Positions 23,221 through 33,847 of a stretch of 64,000 bases of DNA are shown one piece after another; position 1 is the stretch's first letter, and every line of letters starts with the position of its first letter. The stretch lies in NCBI RefSeq assembly GCF_056712565.1, contig NZ_CM160072.1. The stretch is one strand, 5' to 3'. Position numbers and translations under genes: made by a program. The notes beneath the pieces were generated by a model that saw only the letters and a list, made by a program, of their open reading frames with translations, did not search any database and had not been told where the DNA came from.

Positions 23221-23349
23221 GAGTCTCGATATTAGCTGATAACCCAATACCTGAGTTATTCACTGACTCCGAATCTGTTACGTTTCTGCCTTTATTGCGA
23301 TACGTAGTATCCCCTTAATTTACACCCGCTTTGTCTGCGAGGTGGGGTT

Positions 23350-23565
23350 ATGAAATCCATGGATAAGTTAACAACGGGTGTCGCCTATGGTACCTCAGCA
23401 GGTAGTGCCGGGTACTGGTTTTTACAGTTGCTCGATAAAGTCACGCCCTCACAGTGGGCGGCAATAGGTGTGCTGGGTAGCCTGGTATTTGGCCTGCTGA
23501 CGTACCTGACAAACCTTTATTTCAAGATTAAAGAAGATAAGCGCAAGGCTGCGAGAGGTGAATAA
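23350..23565 (+). CDS. S: Class II pinholin (phage 21 S-type), dual-start
   Basis: 71 aa [71 protein letters not shown] with two TM segments. Confidence 0.9.
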
Positions 23566-24062
23566 TGCCTCCATCATTACGAAAAGCCGTTGCTGCTGCT
23601 ATTGGTGGCGGAGCAATTGCTATAGCATCAGTGTTAATCACTGGCCCAAGTGGTAACGATGGTCTGGAAGGTGTCAGCTACATACCATACAAAGATATTG
23701 TTGGTGTATGGACTGTATGTCACGGGCATACAGGAAAAGACATCATGCTCGGTAAAACGTATACCAAAGCAGAATGCAAAGCCCTCCTGAATAAAGACCT
23801 TGCCACGGTCGCCAGACAAATTAACCCGTACATCAAAGTCGATATACCGGAAACAATGCGCGGCGCTCTTTACTCATTCGTTTACAACGTGGGTGCTGGC
23901 AATTTCAGAACATCGACGCTTCTTCGCAAAATAAACCAGGGCGATATCAAAGGCGCATGTGATCAGCTACGTCGCTGGACATATGCTGGCGGTAAGCAAT
24001 GGAAAGGTCTCATGACTCGTCGTGAGATTGAGCGTGAAATCTGTTTGTGGGGTCAGCAATGA
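23565..24062 (+). CDS. R: SAR endolysin (T4 lysozyme-like, phage 21 R-type)
   Basis: 165 aa; N-terminal signal-anchor-release segment [20 protein letters not shown] followed by lysozyme fold. Confidence 0.88.
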   Translation: MPPSLRKAVAAAIGGGAIAIASVLITGPSGNDGLEGVSYIPYKDIVGVWTVCHGHTGKDIMLGKTYTKAECKALLNKDLATVARQINPYIKVDIPETMRGALYSFVYNVGAGNFRTSTLLRKINQGDIKGACDQLRRWTYAGGKQWKGLMTRREIEREICLWGQQ

Positions 24063-24520
24063 ACAGAGTAACCGCGATTATCTCCGCTCTGGTTATCTGC
24101 ATCATCGTCTGCCTGTCATGGGCTGTTAATCATTACCGTGATAACGCCATTACCTACAAAGCCCAGCGCGACAAAAATGCCAGAGAACTGACGCTGGCGA
24201 ACGCGGTAATTACTGACATACAGATGCGTCAGCGTGATGTTGCTGCGCTCGATGCAAAATACACGAAGGAGTTAGCTGATGCGAAAGCTGAAAATGATGC
24301 TCTGCGTGATGATGTTGCCGCTGGTCGTCGTCGGTTGCACATCAAAGCAGTCTGTCAGTCAGTGCGTGAAGCCACCACCGCCTCCGGCGTGGATAATGCA
24401 GCCTCCCCCCGACTGGCAGACACCGCTGAACGGGATTATTTCACCCTCAGAGAGAGGCTGATCACTATGCAAAAACAACTGGAAGGAACCCAGAAGTATA
24501 TTAATGAGCAGTGCAGATAG
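24059..24520 (+). CDS. Rz: i-spanin Rz
   Basis: 153 aa from [19 protein letters not shown]... with N-terminal TM and coiled-coil region; overlaps endolysin stop. Confidence 0.85.
   Translation: MNRVTAIISALVICIIVCLSWAVNHYRDNAITYKAQRDKNARELTLANAVITDIQMRQRDVAALDAKYTKELADAKAENDALRDDVAAGRRRLHIKAVCQSVREATTASGVDNAASPRLADTAERDYFTLRERLITMQKQLEGTQKYINEQCR
24279..24461 (+). CDS. Rz1: o-spanin Rz1 lipoprotein, embedded in Rz in the +1 frame
   Basis: 60 aa; lipobox LPLVVVGC and proline-rich stretch [15 protein letters not shown]. Confidence 0.85.
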   Translation: MRKLKMMLCVMMLPLVVVGCTSKQSVSQCVKPPPPPAWIMQPPPDWQTPLNGIISPSERG

Positions 24521-24551
24521 AGCTGCCCATATCGATGGGCAACTCATGCAA

Positions 24552-24845
24552 TTATTGTGAGCAATACACACGCGCTTCCAGCGGAGTATAAATGCCTAAA
24601 GTAATAAAACCGAGCAATCCATTTACGAATGTTTGCTGGGTTTCTGTTTTAACAACATTTTCTGCACCACCACAAATTTTTGCTGCATCGACAGTTTTCT
24701 TCTGCCCAATTCCCGAAACGAAGAAATGATGGGTGATGGTTTCCTTTGGTGTTACTGCTGTAGGTTTGTTTCCAACAGTAAACGTCTGTTGAGCACATCC
24801 TGTAATAAGCATTGCCAGAGCGGCAGAAAACAACATTTTTTTCAT
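24552..24845 (-). CDS. bor: Bor lipoprotein (serum resistance, lysogenic conversion)
   Basis: 97 aa from MKKMLFSAALAMLITGCAQQTFTVGNKPTAVTPKETITHHFFVSGIGQKKTVDAAKICGG... Confidence 0.9.
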   Translation of the reverse strand: MKKMLFSAALAMLITGCAQQTFTVGNKPTAVTPKETITHHFFVSGIGQKKTVDAAKICGGAENVVKTETQQTFVNGLLGFITLGIYTPLEARVYCSQ

Positions 24846-25325
24846 CTTATTATCCTGCATTGTTAAAAACGGCAGAATCCTATGTGACAACAATTAAACG
24901 ATAGTTAAATGGATTGATGAAAATTAAAACTACACAGGTGGGCTCAGACTATTGGAGGAAGTTGGGGACACTCAGAATCCTGTGGAATGAAATAAACCGG
25001 TCTATCCGTCCATTACCCTTTTAGCTGCGCTGTATCGTCGCCGTATTCCCGCATTAACCATGACCGTAGCCCGACGGGGAATTCCTTCTGCGTGAGTGTG
25101 CGGGAATAATTAAAAACGATGCACACCGGGTTTTTACCGCGTTAATGATTCGCGGGTTTATCCCGGTGCGATGGTGGAAGAAACAGGAAGCTGTATTACA
25201 GAAAGTGCTACTACTGTATCCCGATGCGATGTATGTAATGTGAGTCAGATAATGGCACAGGATGTGGTGATGTGGCAGTCTGGAACACAGGATATATTGT
25301 CAGAATAAGACCCGTAGGAATAAAA

Positions 25326-25652
25326 ATGAAAAGACGCCTTTTACTACTTTTTCTGTTATCTGTCCTGGCAGTGGGATGCTCGCAGCAAAAAGCTGATGAG
25401 CCCCGGCAATTAGTGACGGTGTATCCACGATATCCGGAATATGCTGCAGCAAATTATATCAAGGGGCTGGTTGAGGTTAAGTTCGATATTGGTGCTGATG
25501 GGACTGTGACACGGATCGTTTTTCTCCGCTCAGAGCCTCATAATTTGTTTCGTGATGAAGTGGTGAAGGCCATGGCGAAATGGCGATTTGAAAAGAATCG
25601 CCCCTGTCAGGGAGTGAAGAGACAATTTATCTTTACGCCGTCACGTCCTTGA
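25326..25652 (+). CDS. Putative lipoprotein with TonB C-terminal-like domain
   Basis: 108 aa from MKRRLLLLFLLSVLAVGCSQ (lipobox); YPRYPEYAAANYIKGLVEVKFDIGADGTVTRIV resembles TonB C-terminal domain. Confidence 0.55.
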   Translation: MKRRLLLLFLLSVLAVGCSQQKADEPRQLVTVYPRYPEYAAANYIKGLVEVKFDIGADGTVTRIVFLRSEPHNLFRDEVVKAMAKWRFEKNRPCQGVKRQFIFTPSRP

Positions 25653-26015
25653 TGCTTCCAGGTAGAGAGGGGCTGGAAGCAGGAGAAAAATGAAAGAGCC
25701 AGCGGTTATATTTTTGTCATGGCTGACGAGGAATGATGGAAGAAGGCGTTGTATGCCACACAACGCCTCACTGTTCATTTCTTCTTTTTCTCTGGTGGAA
25801 CCCGATGAATAAGAGTTGCACTGGTTTCCGATGAGATGGCGATATACTCGGGCAAAGTATGCTGGCAGTTTTCCAACTGGTCAAAAATACCTGCTCTCGT
25901 CTGTTGCAATGCCTGCAGCATGCGGCGGCAATGCGCCTTGCTTTTACTAACCATCTTTCCTTCCTCTATCAGTCGCTGCGTGAACTCATCATGGAATACC
26001 AGGTAAATGCGGATG

Positions 26016-26267
26016 TTATCGGTTTTGGCTACGCAGCATAGTACAAAACGGACAGGTGCATCCCGGGACGGGGGAGGCGTCACATGTCCCTGTGATGGTT
26101 GTTCCGGGTAATGTACTGTGTGGGGCATAAAAATGTCCGATAATTTTACTTTCTACCGCAGTTAGTTGATTCGTTGGTCCTGGTAGCACATTGGGCGAGG
26201 ATTTAAATGCCAGGCAACTGAAGGATGATGTCGCAAGGGAGATAGCGAGAATATTTCTGATTTTCAT
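26016..26267 (-). CDS. Hypothetical small secreted cysteine-rich protein
   Basis: 83 aa from MKIRNILAISLATSSFSCLA (signal peptide); overlaps an alternative 117 aa ORF 25775..26128 in another frame. Confidence 0.3.
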   Translation of the reverse strand: MKIRNILAISLATSSFSCLAFKSSPNVLPGPTNQLTAVESKIIGHFYAPHSTLPGTTITGTCDASPVPGCTCPFCTMLRSQNR

Positions 26268-26415
26268 TTGATGATGCCTCTGTGTGAAATGACGGTAAAC
26301 GACGCACTTGTGCCGGCACATAATAGCAAGCACCATAATAGATCAGATTCGATTCTTGCTGTAAGTGATAATTATTCTCGTTTTCGGGTCCTTTCCGTCG
26401 ATCCAACAGGTTACG

Positions 26416-26427
26416 GGGCGGCGACCT
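26416..26427. other. cosN 12-nt cohesive end site GGGCGGCGACCT
   Basis: ACGGGGCGGCGACCTCGCGGTTTTTCACTATTTATGAAAATTTT matches the lambda cos left end; 188 bp upstream of nu1, as in lambda. Confidence 0.85.
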
Positions 26428-26603
26428 CGCGGTTTTTCACTATTTATGAAAATTTTTCAGGGAAAATCGTGTCGGTACTTCTCGAATATAACTTTTTGTT
26501 TTTTTTAATATTGCATCCGTAAAGGTCCGACATGAAAGTGTCCGAAAATGCCTTTTTCTGGCGTTTTCATGTCGGGCCTTGTATTTGATAATGGGTTGTT
26601 TTC

Positions 26604-27152
26604 ATGAAGGTTAATAAAAAGAGGCTTGCCGAAATTTTCAACGTGGACCCGCGGACGATTGAACGCTGGCAGTCTCAGGGACTCCCTTGCGTCTCCAAAG
26701 GCAGTAAGGGCATTGAATCTGTATTTGATACTGCCATGGCAATTCAGTGGTATGCGCAGAGGGAAACTGATATCGAAAACGAAAAGCTCCGCAAAGAACT
26801 GGCCGATTTGCGTGCGGCAGCGGAGTCAGATTTACAACCCGGCACCATTGACTATGAACGCTACCGGCTCACAAAAGCGCAGGCAGATGCGCAGGAACTG
26901 AAAAATGCCCGTGAAGACGGAGTAGTGCTGGAAACTGAACTGTTTACCTTCATTCTGCAACGTGTGGCACAGGAGATTTCGGGGATACTTGTGCGTGTGC
27001 CGTTGACATTACAGCGTAAATATCCGGACATTTCACCATCACACCTTGATGTGGTGAAAACTGAAATCGCGAAAGCCTCCAATGTTGCAGCTAAGGCCGG
27101 TGAAAACGTGGGCGGGTGGATCGATGATTTCAGACGCGCAGAAGGCAGCTAA
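26604..27152 (+). CDS. nu1: Terminase small subunit Nu1
   Basis: 182 aa; [28 protein letters not shown]... and AEIENEKLR...[26 protein letters not shown] match lambda Nu1. Confidence 0.92.
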   Translation: MKVNKKRLAEIFNVDPRTIERWQSQGLPCVSKGSKGIESVFDTAMAIQWYAQRETDIENEKLRKELADLRAAAESDLQPGTIDYERYRLTKAQADAQELKNAREDGVVLETELFTFILQRVAQEISGILVRVPLTLQRKYPDISPSHLDVVKTEIAKASNVAAKAGENVGGWIDDFRRAEGS

Positions 27153-29052
27153 TGCAGCCGGTGCGATAGCTACAGGGCTTTTATCTCTCATTATTCCTGT
27201 TCCACTGACGACAGTTCAGTGGGCCAATAAACATTATTACCTTCCTAAAGAGTCGTCTTATACCCCGGGGCGATGGGAAACACTGCCGTTTCAGGTTGGC
27301 ATCATGAACTGTATGGGCAACGATCTGATTCGCACGGTTAACCTGATTAAATCTGCCCGTGTTGGTTATACAAAGATGTTGCTGGGAGTGGAGGCTTATT
27401 TTATTGAGCATAAATCACGCAACAGCCTTCTTTTTCAGCCCACGGACTCAGCTGCTGAAGATTTTATGAAATCTCATGTTGAGCCAACGATAAGGGATGT
27501 TCCTGCATTGCTGGAGCTGGCTCCATGGTTCGGAAGAAAACACCGCGATAATACGCTCACCCTGAAGCGTTTTTCCTCCGGTGTGGGGTTCTGGTGTCTG
27601 GGTGGTGCGGCAGCAAAAAACTACCGTGAAAAATCCGTGGATGTGGTCTGTTATGACGAGCTTTCCTCGTTCGAACCGGATGTTGAAAAAGAGGGTTCGC
27701 CAACCCTGCTGGGGGATAAACGTATTGAGGGCTCTGTATGGCCAAAATCCATTCGCGGCTCGACGCCTAAAATCAAAGGCTCCTGCCAGATCGAAAAAGC
27801 CGCTAACGAGTCGGCACACTTCATGCGTTTTTATGTGCCCTGTCCGCACTGTGGGGAGGAGCAGTATCTGAAATTTGGCGATGATGCCTCGCCTTTCGGT
27901 CTTAAGTGGGAGAAGAATAAGCCAGAAAGTGTTTTCTACCTTTGTGAGCATCATGGCTGTGTGATCCATCAGTCTGAGCTTGACCAGAGTAACGGGCGGT
28001 GGATCTGTGAAAACACGGGCATGTGGACTCGTGACGGTCTGACATTTTTCAGCGCCGCGGATAATGAAATTCCGCCGCCGCGCTCCATCACTTTCCATAT
28101 CTGGACGGCGTACAGTCCGTTCACCACCTGGGTACAGATTGTCTATGACTGGCTGGATGCACTGAAAGATCCCAACGGCCTGAAAACCTTTGTGAACACC
28201 ACGCTGGGCGAGACCTGGGAAGAGGCTGTGGGCGAAAAACTCGATCACCAGGTGCTGATGGATAAGGTTGTGCGTTACACGGCGGCGGTGCCTGCCCGGG
28301 TGGTTTATCTGACGGCGGGCATTGACTCGCAGCGAAACCGTTTTGAGATGTATGTCTGGGGATGGGCTCCGGGAGAGGAAGCCTTTCTGGTGGATAAAAT
28401 CATCATTATGGGGCGTCCCGATGAGGAAGAGACGCTGTTACGTGTGGATGCGGCGATCAACAAAAAATACCGCCATGCAGACGGAACCGAAATGACCATT
28501 TCCCGTGTCTGCTGGGACATCGGGGGGATCGATGGCGAAATCGTTTATCAGAGGTCAAAAAAACACGGTGTTTTCCGGGTGCTGCCGGTAAAAGGCGCAT
28601 CTGTCTATGGCAAGCCGGTGATCACCATGCCAAAAACCCGCAATCAGCGGGGCGTGTATCTGTGTGAAGTGGGGACGGACACCGCAAAAGAAATTCTCTA
28701 TGCCCGTATGAAAGCCGATCCCACGCCTGTGGATGAAGCCACGTCGTATGCTATCCGTTTTCCTGATGATCCGGAGATTTTTTCGCAGACAGAGGCGCAG
28801 CAACTGGTCGCGGAAGAGCTTGTGGAGAAGTGGGAAAAAGGAAAGATGCGTCTGCTGTGGGATAACAAAAAGCGGCGTAACGAAGCGCTGGACTGCCTGG
28901 TGTATGCCTACGCGGCATTACGTGTGTCCGTGCAACGCTGGCAGCTTGATCTGGCTGTACTGGCAAAATCCCGGGAAGAAGAGACGACCCGGCCAACCCT
29001 TAAAGAACTGGCAGCGAAGCTGTCCGGAGGAGTGAATGGTTACAGTCGCTGA
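27124..29052 (+). CDS. A: Terminase large subunit A
   Basis: 642 aa from [10 protein letters not shown]...; long lambda gpA-like stretches ([41 protein letters not shown]). Confidence 0.93.
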   Translation: MISDAQKAANAAGAIATGLLSLIIPVPLTTVQWANKHYYLPKESSYTPGRWETLPFQVGIMNCMGNDLIRTVNLIKSARVGYTKMLLGVEAYFIEHKSRNSLLFQPTDSAAEDFMKSHVEPTIRDVPALLELAPWFGRKHRDNTLTLKRFSSGVGFWCLGGAAAKNYREKSVDVVCYDELSSFEPDVEKEGSPTLLGDKRIEGSVWPKSIRGSTPKIKGSCQIEKAANESAHFMRFYVPCPHCGEEQYLKFGDDASPFGLKWEKNKPESVFYLCEHHGCVIHQSELDQSNGRWICENTGMWTRDGLTFFSAADNEIPPPRSITFHIWTAYSPFTTWVQIVYDWLDALKDPNGLKTFVNTTLGETWEEAVGEKLDHQVLMDKVVRYTAAVPARVVYLTAGIDSQRNRFEMYVWGWAPGEEAFLVDKIIIMGRPDEEETLLRVDAAINKKYRHADGTEMTISRVCWDIGGIDGEIVYQRSKKHGVFRVLPVKGASVYGKPVITMPKTRNQRGVYLCEVGTDTAKEILYARMKADPTPVDEATSYAIRFPDDPEIFSQTEAQQLVAEELVEKWEKGKMRLLWDNKKRRNEALDCLVYAYAALRVSVQRWQLDLAVLAKSREEETTRPTLKELAAKLSGGVNGYSR

Positions 29053-29242
29053 ACTGCAGGCGCTGCGTCAGGCGCGCCTTGATTTATTAACCGGTAAACG
29101 GGTGGTGTCTGTCCAGAAAGATGGTCGCAGAATTGAATATACGGCGGCTTCTCTGGATGAGCTTAACCGGGCGATCAATGATGCGGAGTCGGTACTGGGG
29201 ACAACCCGGTGTCGCCGTCGTCCGCTGGGAGTGAGGTTATGA
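29036..29242 (+). CDS. W: Head-tail joining protein W
   Basis: 68 aa; ...LLTGKRVVSVQKDGRRIEYTAASLDEL... matches lambda gpW. Confidence 0.88.
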   Translation: MVTVAELQALRQARLDLLTGKRVVSVQKDGRRIEYTAASLDELNRAINDAESVLGTTRCRRRPLGVRL

Positions 29243-30831
29243 AACGAACGCCTGTCCTGATTGATGTGAACGGCGTTCCGCTTCGTGAGAGTCTCAGCTA
29301 CAACGGGGGCGGTGCAGGATTTGGCGGGCAAATGGCTGAGTGGTTGCCACCGGCGCAGAGTGCCGATGCGGCCCTGCTGCCCGCGTTGCGTCTGGGGAAT
29401 GCCCGGGCAGATGATCTGGTGCGCAATAACGGAATAGCGGCTAATGCGGTGGCTCTGCATAAGGATCACATTGTCGGGCATATGTTTCTGATTAGCTACC
29501 GTCCGAACTGGCGCTGGCTGGGGATGCGGGAGACCGCAGCAAAAAGCTTTGTCGATGAGGTGGAGGCGGCCTGGTCGGAATACGCCGAAGGGATGTTTGG
29601 CGAGATCGACGTGGAAGGAAAACGCACGTTCACGGAATTTATCCGTGAAGGTGTGGGCGTTCATGCGTTTAACGGCGAAATCTTTGTGCAGCCGGTCTGG
29701 GATACGGAGAGTACGCAACTGTTTCGTACGCGTTTTAAAGCCGTGAGTCCGAAACGGGTGGACACGCCAGGACACGGTATCGGGAACCGTTTTCTGCGGG
29801 CCGGTGTGGAGGTTGATCGATATGGCCGTGCCGTCGCGTACCATATCTGTGAGGATGATTTTCCGTTCTCTGGTAGTGGACGATGGGAACGGATCCCGCG
29901 TGAACTTCCCACCGGGCGTCCGGCCATGCTGCATATTTTCGAGCCGGTGGAGGACGGGCAGACCCGTGGGGCTAATCAGTTTTACAGCGTTATGGAACGG
30001 CTGAAGATGCTCGATTCCCTGCAGGCAACACAGCTTCAGTCGGCCATAGTGAAGGCGATGTATGCAGCGACGATTGAAAGTGAACTTGATACCGAAAAGG
30101 CCTTTGAATATATCGCCGGCGCGCCACAGGAGCAGAAGGATAATCCGCTTATTAATATTCTGGAGAAGTTTTCCAGCTGGTATGACACGAATAGCGTGAC
30201 GCTGGGCGGTGTCAAAATTCCGCACCTTTTCCCTGGTGATGATCTGAAACTACAGACTGCGCAGGATTCAGACAATGGATTTTCTGCGCTTGAACAGGCG
30301 CTGCTGCGGTATATCGCCGCCGGTCTTGGCGTTTCCTACGAACAGTTGTCCCGTGATTACTCGAAGGTCAGTTACTCAAGTGCCCGCGCCTCCGCCAATG
30401 AGTCGTGGCGCTATTTTATGGGGCGGCGAAAATTTATTGCGGCCCGGCTGGCCACGCAGATGTTTTCCTGCTGGCTGGAAGAGGCACTTCTTCGGGGGAT
30501 TATTCGTCCGCCACGGGCACGTTTTGATTTTTATCAGGCGCGATCAGCCTGGTCACGGGCAGAGTGGATTGGTGCCGGAAGAATGGCCATTGACGGGCTC
30601 AAGGAAGTCCAGGAATCAGTGATGCGCATTGAGGCCGGACTGAGCACGTATGAGAAAGAGCTGGCGCTGATGGGCGAGGATTATCAGGACATTTTCCGCC
30701 AGCAGGTCAGGGAATCTGCTGAGCGGCAAAAAGCCGGACTCTCACGTCCGGTGTGGATAGAGCAGGCGTATCAGCAGCAGATAGCGGAGAGTCGCAGGCC
30801 GGAAGAGGAGACAACACCACGTGAGACGTAA
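29239..30831 (+). CDS. B: Portal protein B
   Basis: 530 aa from MKRTPVLIDVNGVPLRESLSYNGGGAGFGGQMAEW (lambda gpB-like). Confidence 0.92.
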   Translation: MKRTPVLIDVNGVPLRESLSYNGGGAGFGGQMAEWLPPAQSADAALLPALRLGNARADDLVRNNGIAANAVALHKDHIVGHMFLISYRPNWRWLGMRETAAKSFVDEVEAAWSEYAEGMFGEIDVEGKRTFTEFIREGVGVHAFNGEIFVQPVWDTESTQLFRTRFKAVSPKRVDTPGHGIGNRFLRAGVEVDRYGRAVAYHICEDDFPFSGSGRWERIPRELPTGRPAMLHIFEPVEDGQTRGANQFYSVMERLKMLDSLQATQLQSAIVKAMYAATIESELDTEKAFEYIAGAPQEQKDNPLINILEKFSSWYDTNSVTLGGVKIPHLFPGDDLKLQTAQDSDNGFSALEQALLRYIAAGLGVSYEQLSRDYSKVSYSSARASANESWRYFMGRRKFIAARLATQMFSCWLEEALLRGIIRPPRARFDFYQARSAWSRAEWIGAGRMAIDGLKEVQESVMRIEAGLSTYEKELALMGEDYQDIFRQQVRESAERQKAGLSRPVWIEQAYQQQIAESRRPEEETTPRET

Positions 30832-32326
30832 TCTTTCACACATTATTGCCGCAGCATTCAATGAACCGCTGCTTCTGGAGCCCGCCTATGCGCGGGTTTT
30901 CTTTTGCGCGCTCGGGCGCGAGATGGGGGCAGCAAGTCTTTCGGTACCACAACAGCAGGTACAGTTTGATGCTCCCGGAATGCTGGCTGAAACGGACGAG
31001 TACATGGCCGGAGGTAAACGACCGGCCCGTGTTTACCGGGTGGTGAACGGTATTGCTGTACTGCCGGTGACCGGCACGCTGGTGCACCGGCTGGGTGGTA
31101 TGCGGCCATTTTCCGGAATGACAGGCTATGACGGCATTGTCGCCTGTCTTCAGCAGGCAATGGCGGATAGCCAGGTGCGGGGCGTACTGCTGGACATTGA
31201 CAGTCCGGGCGGGCAGGCCGCCGGCGCGTTTGACTGCGCTGACATGATTTACCGCCTCCGTCAGCAGAAGCCGGTCTGGGCACTGTGCAATGACACGGCC
31301 TGTTCTGCAGCCATGCTGCTGGCGTCGGCCTGCTCCCGACGGCTGGTTACCCAGACATCCCGTATCGGCTCCATTGGCGTGATGATGAGCCATGTCAGCT
31401 ATGCCGGTCATCTGGCGCAGGCCGGTGTGGATATCACGCTGATTTACTCAGGGGCGCACAAGGTGGATGGCAATCAGTTTGAAGCGTTGCCGGCAGAGGT
31501 TCGCCAGGACATGCAGCAGCGGATTGATGCGGCGCGCCGGATGTTTGCCGAAAAAGTGGCGATGTATACCGGTCTGTCTGTTGATGCCGTCACGGGAACA
31601 GAGGCTGCCGTTTTTGAAGGTCAGTCCGGCATTGAGGCCGGGCTGGCGGATGAATTAATCAATGCGTCGGATGCCATCAGTGTGATGGCCACGGCGCTGA
31701 ACAGTAATGTCAGAGGAGGCACTATGCCGCAATTAACTGCAACGGAAGCCGCCGCGCAGGAGAACCAGCGAGTGATGGGGATCCTGACATGCCAGGAAGC
31801 GAAAGGACGTGAACAGCTTGCCACGATGCTGGCAGGACAACAGGGCATGAGCGTTGAACAGGCCCGGGCGATTCTGGCCGCGGCGGCACCGCAGCAGCCG
31901 GTGGCATCCACGCAGAGTGAAGCCGATCGCATTATGGTGTGTGAAGAAGCGAACGGTCGTGAACAACTGGCGGCAACGCTGGCGGCGATGCCGGAGATGA
32001 CGGTGGAAAAAGCCCGCCCGATCCTGGCGGCTGCACCACTGGCGGATGCCGGACCATCACTCCGTGATCAGATCATGGCCCTGGATGAGGCAAAAGGGGC
32101 TGAGGCGCAGGCTGAACAGCTGGCTGCCTGCCCGGGAATGACAGTGGAGAGCGCCCGGGCTGTGCTGGCTGCGGGATCAGGTAAGGCAGAACCGGTCTCT
32201 GCATCCACAACCGCCATGTTTGAACATTTCATGGCGAACCATTCACCGGCAGCGGTACAGGGTGGCGTGGCACAGACGTCAGCAGACGGTGATGCGGACG
32301 TGAAAATGCTCATGGCCATGCCATGA
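30821..32326 (+). CDS. C: Capsid assembly protease C (S49 family) with in-frame scaffold (Nu3) region
   Basis: 501 aa; N-terminus AAFNEPLLLEPAYARVFFCAL and S49 core match lambda gpC; C-terminal part carries three tandem ~45 aa repeats. Confidence 0.88.
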   Translation: MRRNLSHIIAAAFNEPLLLEPAYARVFFCALGREMGAASLSVPQQQVQFDAPGMLAETDEYMAGGKRPARVYRVVNGIAVLPVTGTLVHRLGGMRPFSGMTGYDGIVACLQQAMADSQVRGVLLDIDSPGGQAAGAFDCADMIYRLRQQKPVWALCNDTACSAAMLLASACSRRLVTQTSRIGSIGVMMSHVSYAGHLAQAGVDITLIYSGAHKVDGNQFEALPAEVRQDMQQRIDAARRMFAEKVAMYTGLSVDAVTGTEAAVFEGQSGIEAGLADELINASDAISVMATALNSNVRGGTMPQLTATEAAAQENQRVMGILTCQEAKGREQLATMLAGQQGMSVEQARAILAAAAPQQPVASTQSEADRIMVCEEANGREQLAATLAAMPEMTVEKARPILAAAPLADAGPSLRDQIMALDEAKGAEAQAEQLAACPGMTVESARAVLAAGSGKAEPVSASTTAMFEHFMANHSPAAVQGGVAQTSADGDADVKMLMAMP

Positions 32327-32362
32327 AGTCAGTGCTGACCATCAATAGGAGGTTTTTACAAT

Positions 32363-32710
32363 ATGGTGACGAAAACCATCACTGAACAGCGTGCGGAAGT
32401 ACGTATTTTTGCCGGTAATGATCCGGCTCATACCGCCACAGGCAGCAGCGGGATTTCCTCGCCAACACCGGCACTGACGCCCCTGATGCTGGATGAAGCC
32501 ACCGGGAAACTGGTGGTCTGGGACGGACAGAAAGCCGGTAGTGCGGTTGGCATACTGGTACTGCCGCTTGAAGGCACAGAGACGGCGCTGACGTATTACA
32601 AGTCGGGAACCTTTGCGACGGAGGCAATCCACTGGCCTGAAAGTGTGGATGAACACAAAAAGGCCAACGCCTTTGCTGGCAGTGCCCTGAGTCACGCGGC
32701 GCTGCCGTAA
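32363..32710 (+). CDS. D: Head decoration protein D
   Basis: 115 aa; GNDPAHTATGSSG...TPLMLDEATGKLVVWDG...AVGILV...YYKSGTF matches lambda gpD. Confidence 0.92.
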   Translation: MVTKTITEQRAEVRIFAGNDPAHTATGSSGISSPTPALTPLMLDEATGKLVVWDGQKAGSAVGILVLPLEGTETALTYYKSGTFATEAIHWPESVDEHKKANAFAGSALSHAALP

Positions 32711-32767
32711 CACGTTATCAGGCCACCGCGGTGGCCTGACTGATTTCTGAATGAAAGGAACTGATTT

Positions 32768-33796
32768 ATGGGATTGTTTACGACCCGCCAGTTACTCGGT
32801 TATACCGAACAAAAAGTTAAATTTCGTGCGCTGTTTCTGGAGCTGTTTTTCCGCCGTACGGTGAATTTCCATACCGAAGAGGTGATGCTGGACAAAATTA
32901 CCGGAAAAACGCCGGTGGCGGCCTATGTCTCCCCGGTTGTTGAAGGAAAAGTGCTGCGTCATCGTGGTGGTGAAACCCGCGTGTTGCGTCCGGGCTACGT
33001 CAAGCCGAAACACGAATTTAATTACCAGCAGGCGGTTGAGCGCCTTCCTGGTGAAGATCCATCTCAACTGAATGATCCGGCTTACCGCCGTCTGCGTATC
33101 ATTACCGATAACCTCAAACAGGAAGAGCACGCGATTGTCCAGGTGGAAGAAATGCAGGCGGTAAATGCTGTGTTGTATGGCAAATACACCATGGAAGGAG
33201 ACCAGTTCGAGAAAATTGAGGTCGATTTTGGCAGGTCGACGAAGAATAACATCACTCAGGGTAGTGGTAAGGAGTGGTCAAAACAGGATCGTGACACGTT
33301 CGATCCTACACATGATATTGACCTCTACTGCGACCTGGCCAGCGGTCTTGTGAATATTGCCATTATGGACGGTACCGTCTGGCGTCTTCTGAATGGCTTT
33401 AAGCTGTTCCGCGAAAAACTGGATACCCGTCGCGGTTCAAATTCTCAACTCGAAACGGCAGTGAAAGATCTGGGCGCAGTGGTGTCCTTCAAGGGGTATT
33501 ACGGCGATCTGGCCATTGTGGTGGCGAAAACGTCTTATATAGCAGAAGACGGTACCGAAAAACGTTATCTTCCAGATGGCATGCTGGTTCTGGGGAATAC
33601 TGCTGCAGATGGGATCCGTTGTTACGGTGCCATTCAGGATGCTCAGGCGTTGTCCGAAGGTGTGGTGGCCTCTTCCCGTTATCCGAAACACTGGCTGACG
33701 GTAGGGGATCCCGCCCGTGAATTTACCATGACGCAGTCCGCGCCGCTGATGGTGTTGCCGGACCCGGATGAGTTTGTGGTGGTACAGGTGAAATAA
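32768..33796 (+). CDS. E: Major capsid protein E
   Basis: 342 aa; closely matches lambda gpE (PGYVKPKHE, QVEEMQAVNAVLYGKYTMEGD, TGDPAREFTMTQSAPLM). Confidence 0.95.
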   Translation: MGLFTTRQLLGYTEQKVKFRALFLELFFRRTVNFHTEEVMLDKITGKTPVAAYVSPVVEGKVLRHRGGETRVLRPGYVKPKHEFNYQQAVERLPGEDPSQLNDPAYRRLRIITDNLKQEEHAIVQVEEMQAVNAVLYGKYTMEGDQFEKIEVDFGRSTKNNITQGSGKEWSKQDRDTFDPTHDIDLYCDLASGLVNIAIMDGTVWRLLNGFKLFREKLDTRRGSNSQLETAVKDLGAVVSFKGYYGDLAIVVAKTSYIAEDGTEKRYLPDGMLVLGNTAADGIRCYGAIQDAQALSEGVVASSRYPKHWLTVGDPAREFTMTQSAPLMVLPDPDEFVVVQVK

Positions 33797-33847
33797 TCCG
33801 TGAGCGGGGGCGAAATGCCCCCGTGTCTTTTTTCACAGGGGGCTGAT

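Noticed and set aside
23033-23239. 68 aa ORF in the porin-holin intergenic region
   Set aside because: Runs straight through a strong terminator hairpin, in very AT-rich non-coding DNA, no RBS
24894-25270. Looked for tRNA genes or CRISPR repeats in non-coding stretches of the late region and elsewhere
   Set aside because: No cloverleaf-compatible sequence with conserved T-loop and no regularly spaced direct repeats found by eye; a tRNAscan-SE and CRISPR finder run would be needed to exclude them formally
25775-26128. 117 aa minus-strand ORF overlapping the small secreted-protein ORF
   Set aside because: Two overlapping frames cannot both be confidently called; neither has recognisable homology; kept the signal-peptide-bearing one at low confidence
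27448-28248. 266 aa ORF antisense to terminase large subunit
   Set aside because: Embedded antisense ORF; the terminase frame is strongly supported
29068-30225. 385 aa ORF antisense to the portal gene
   Set aside because: Same reasoning: embedded antisense in a conserved structural gene
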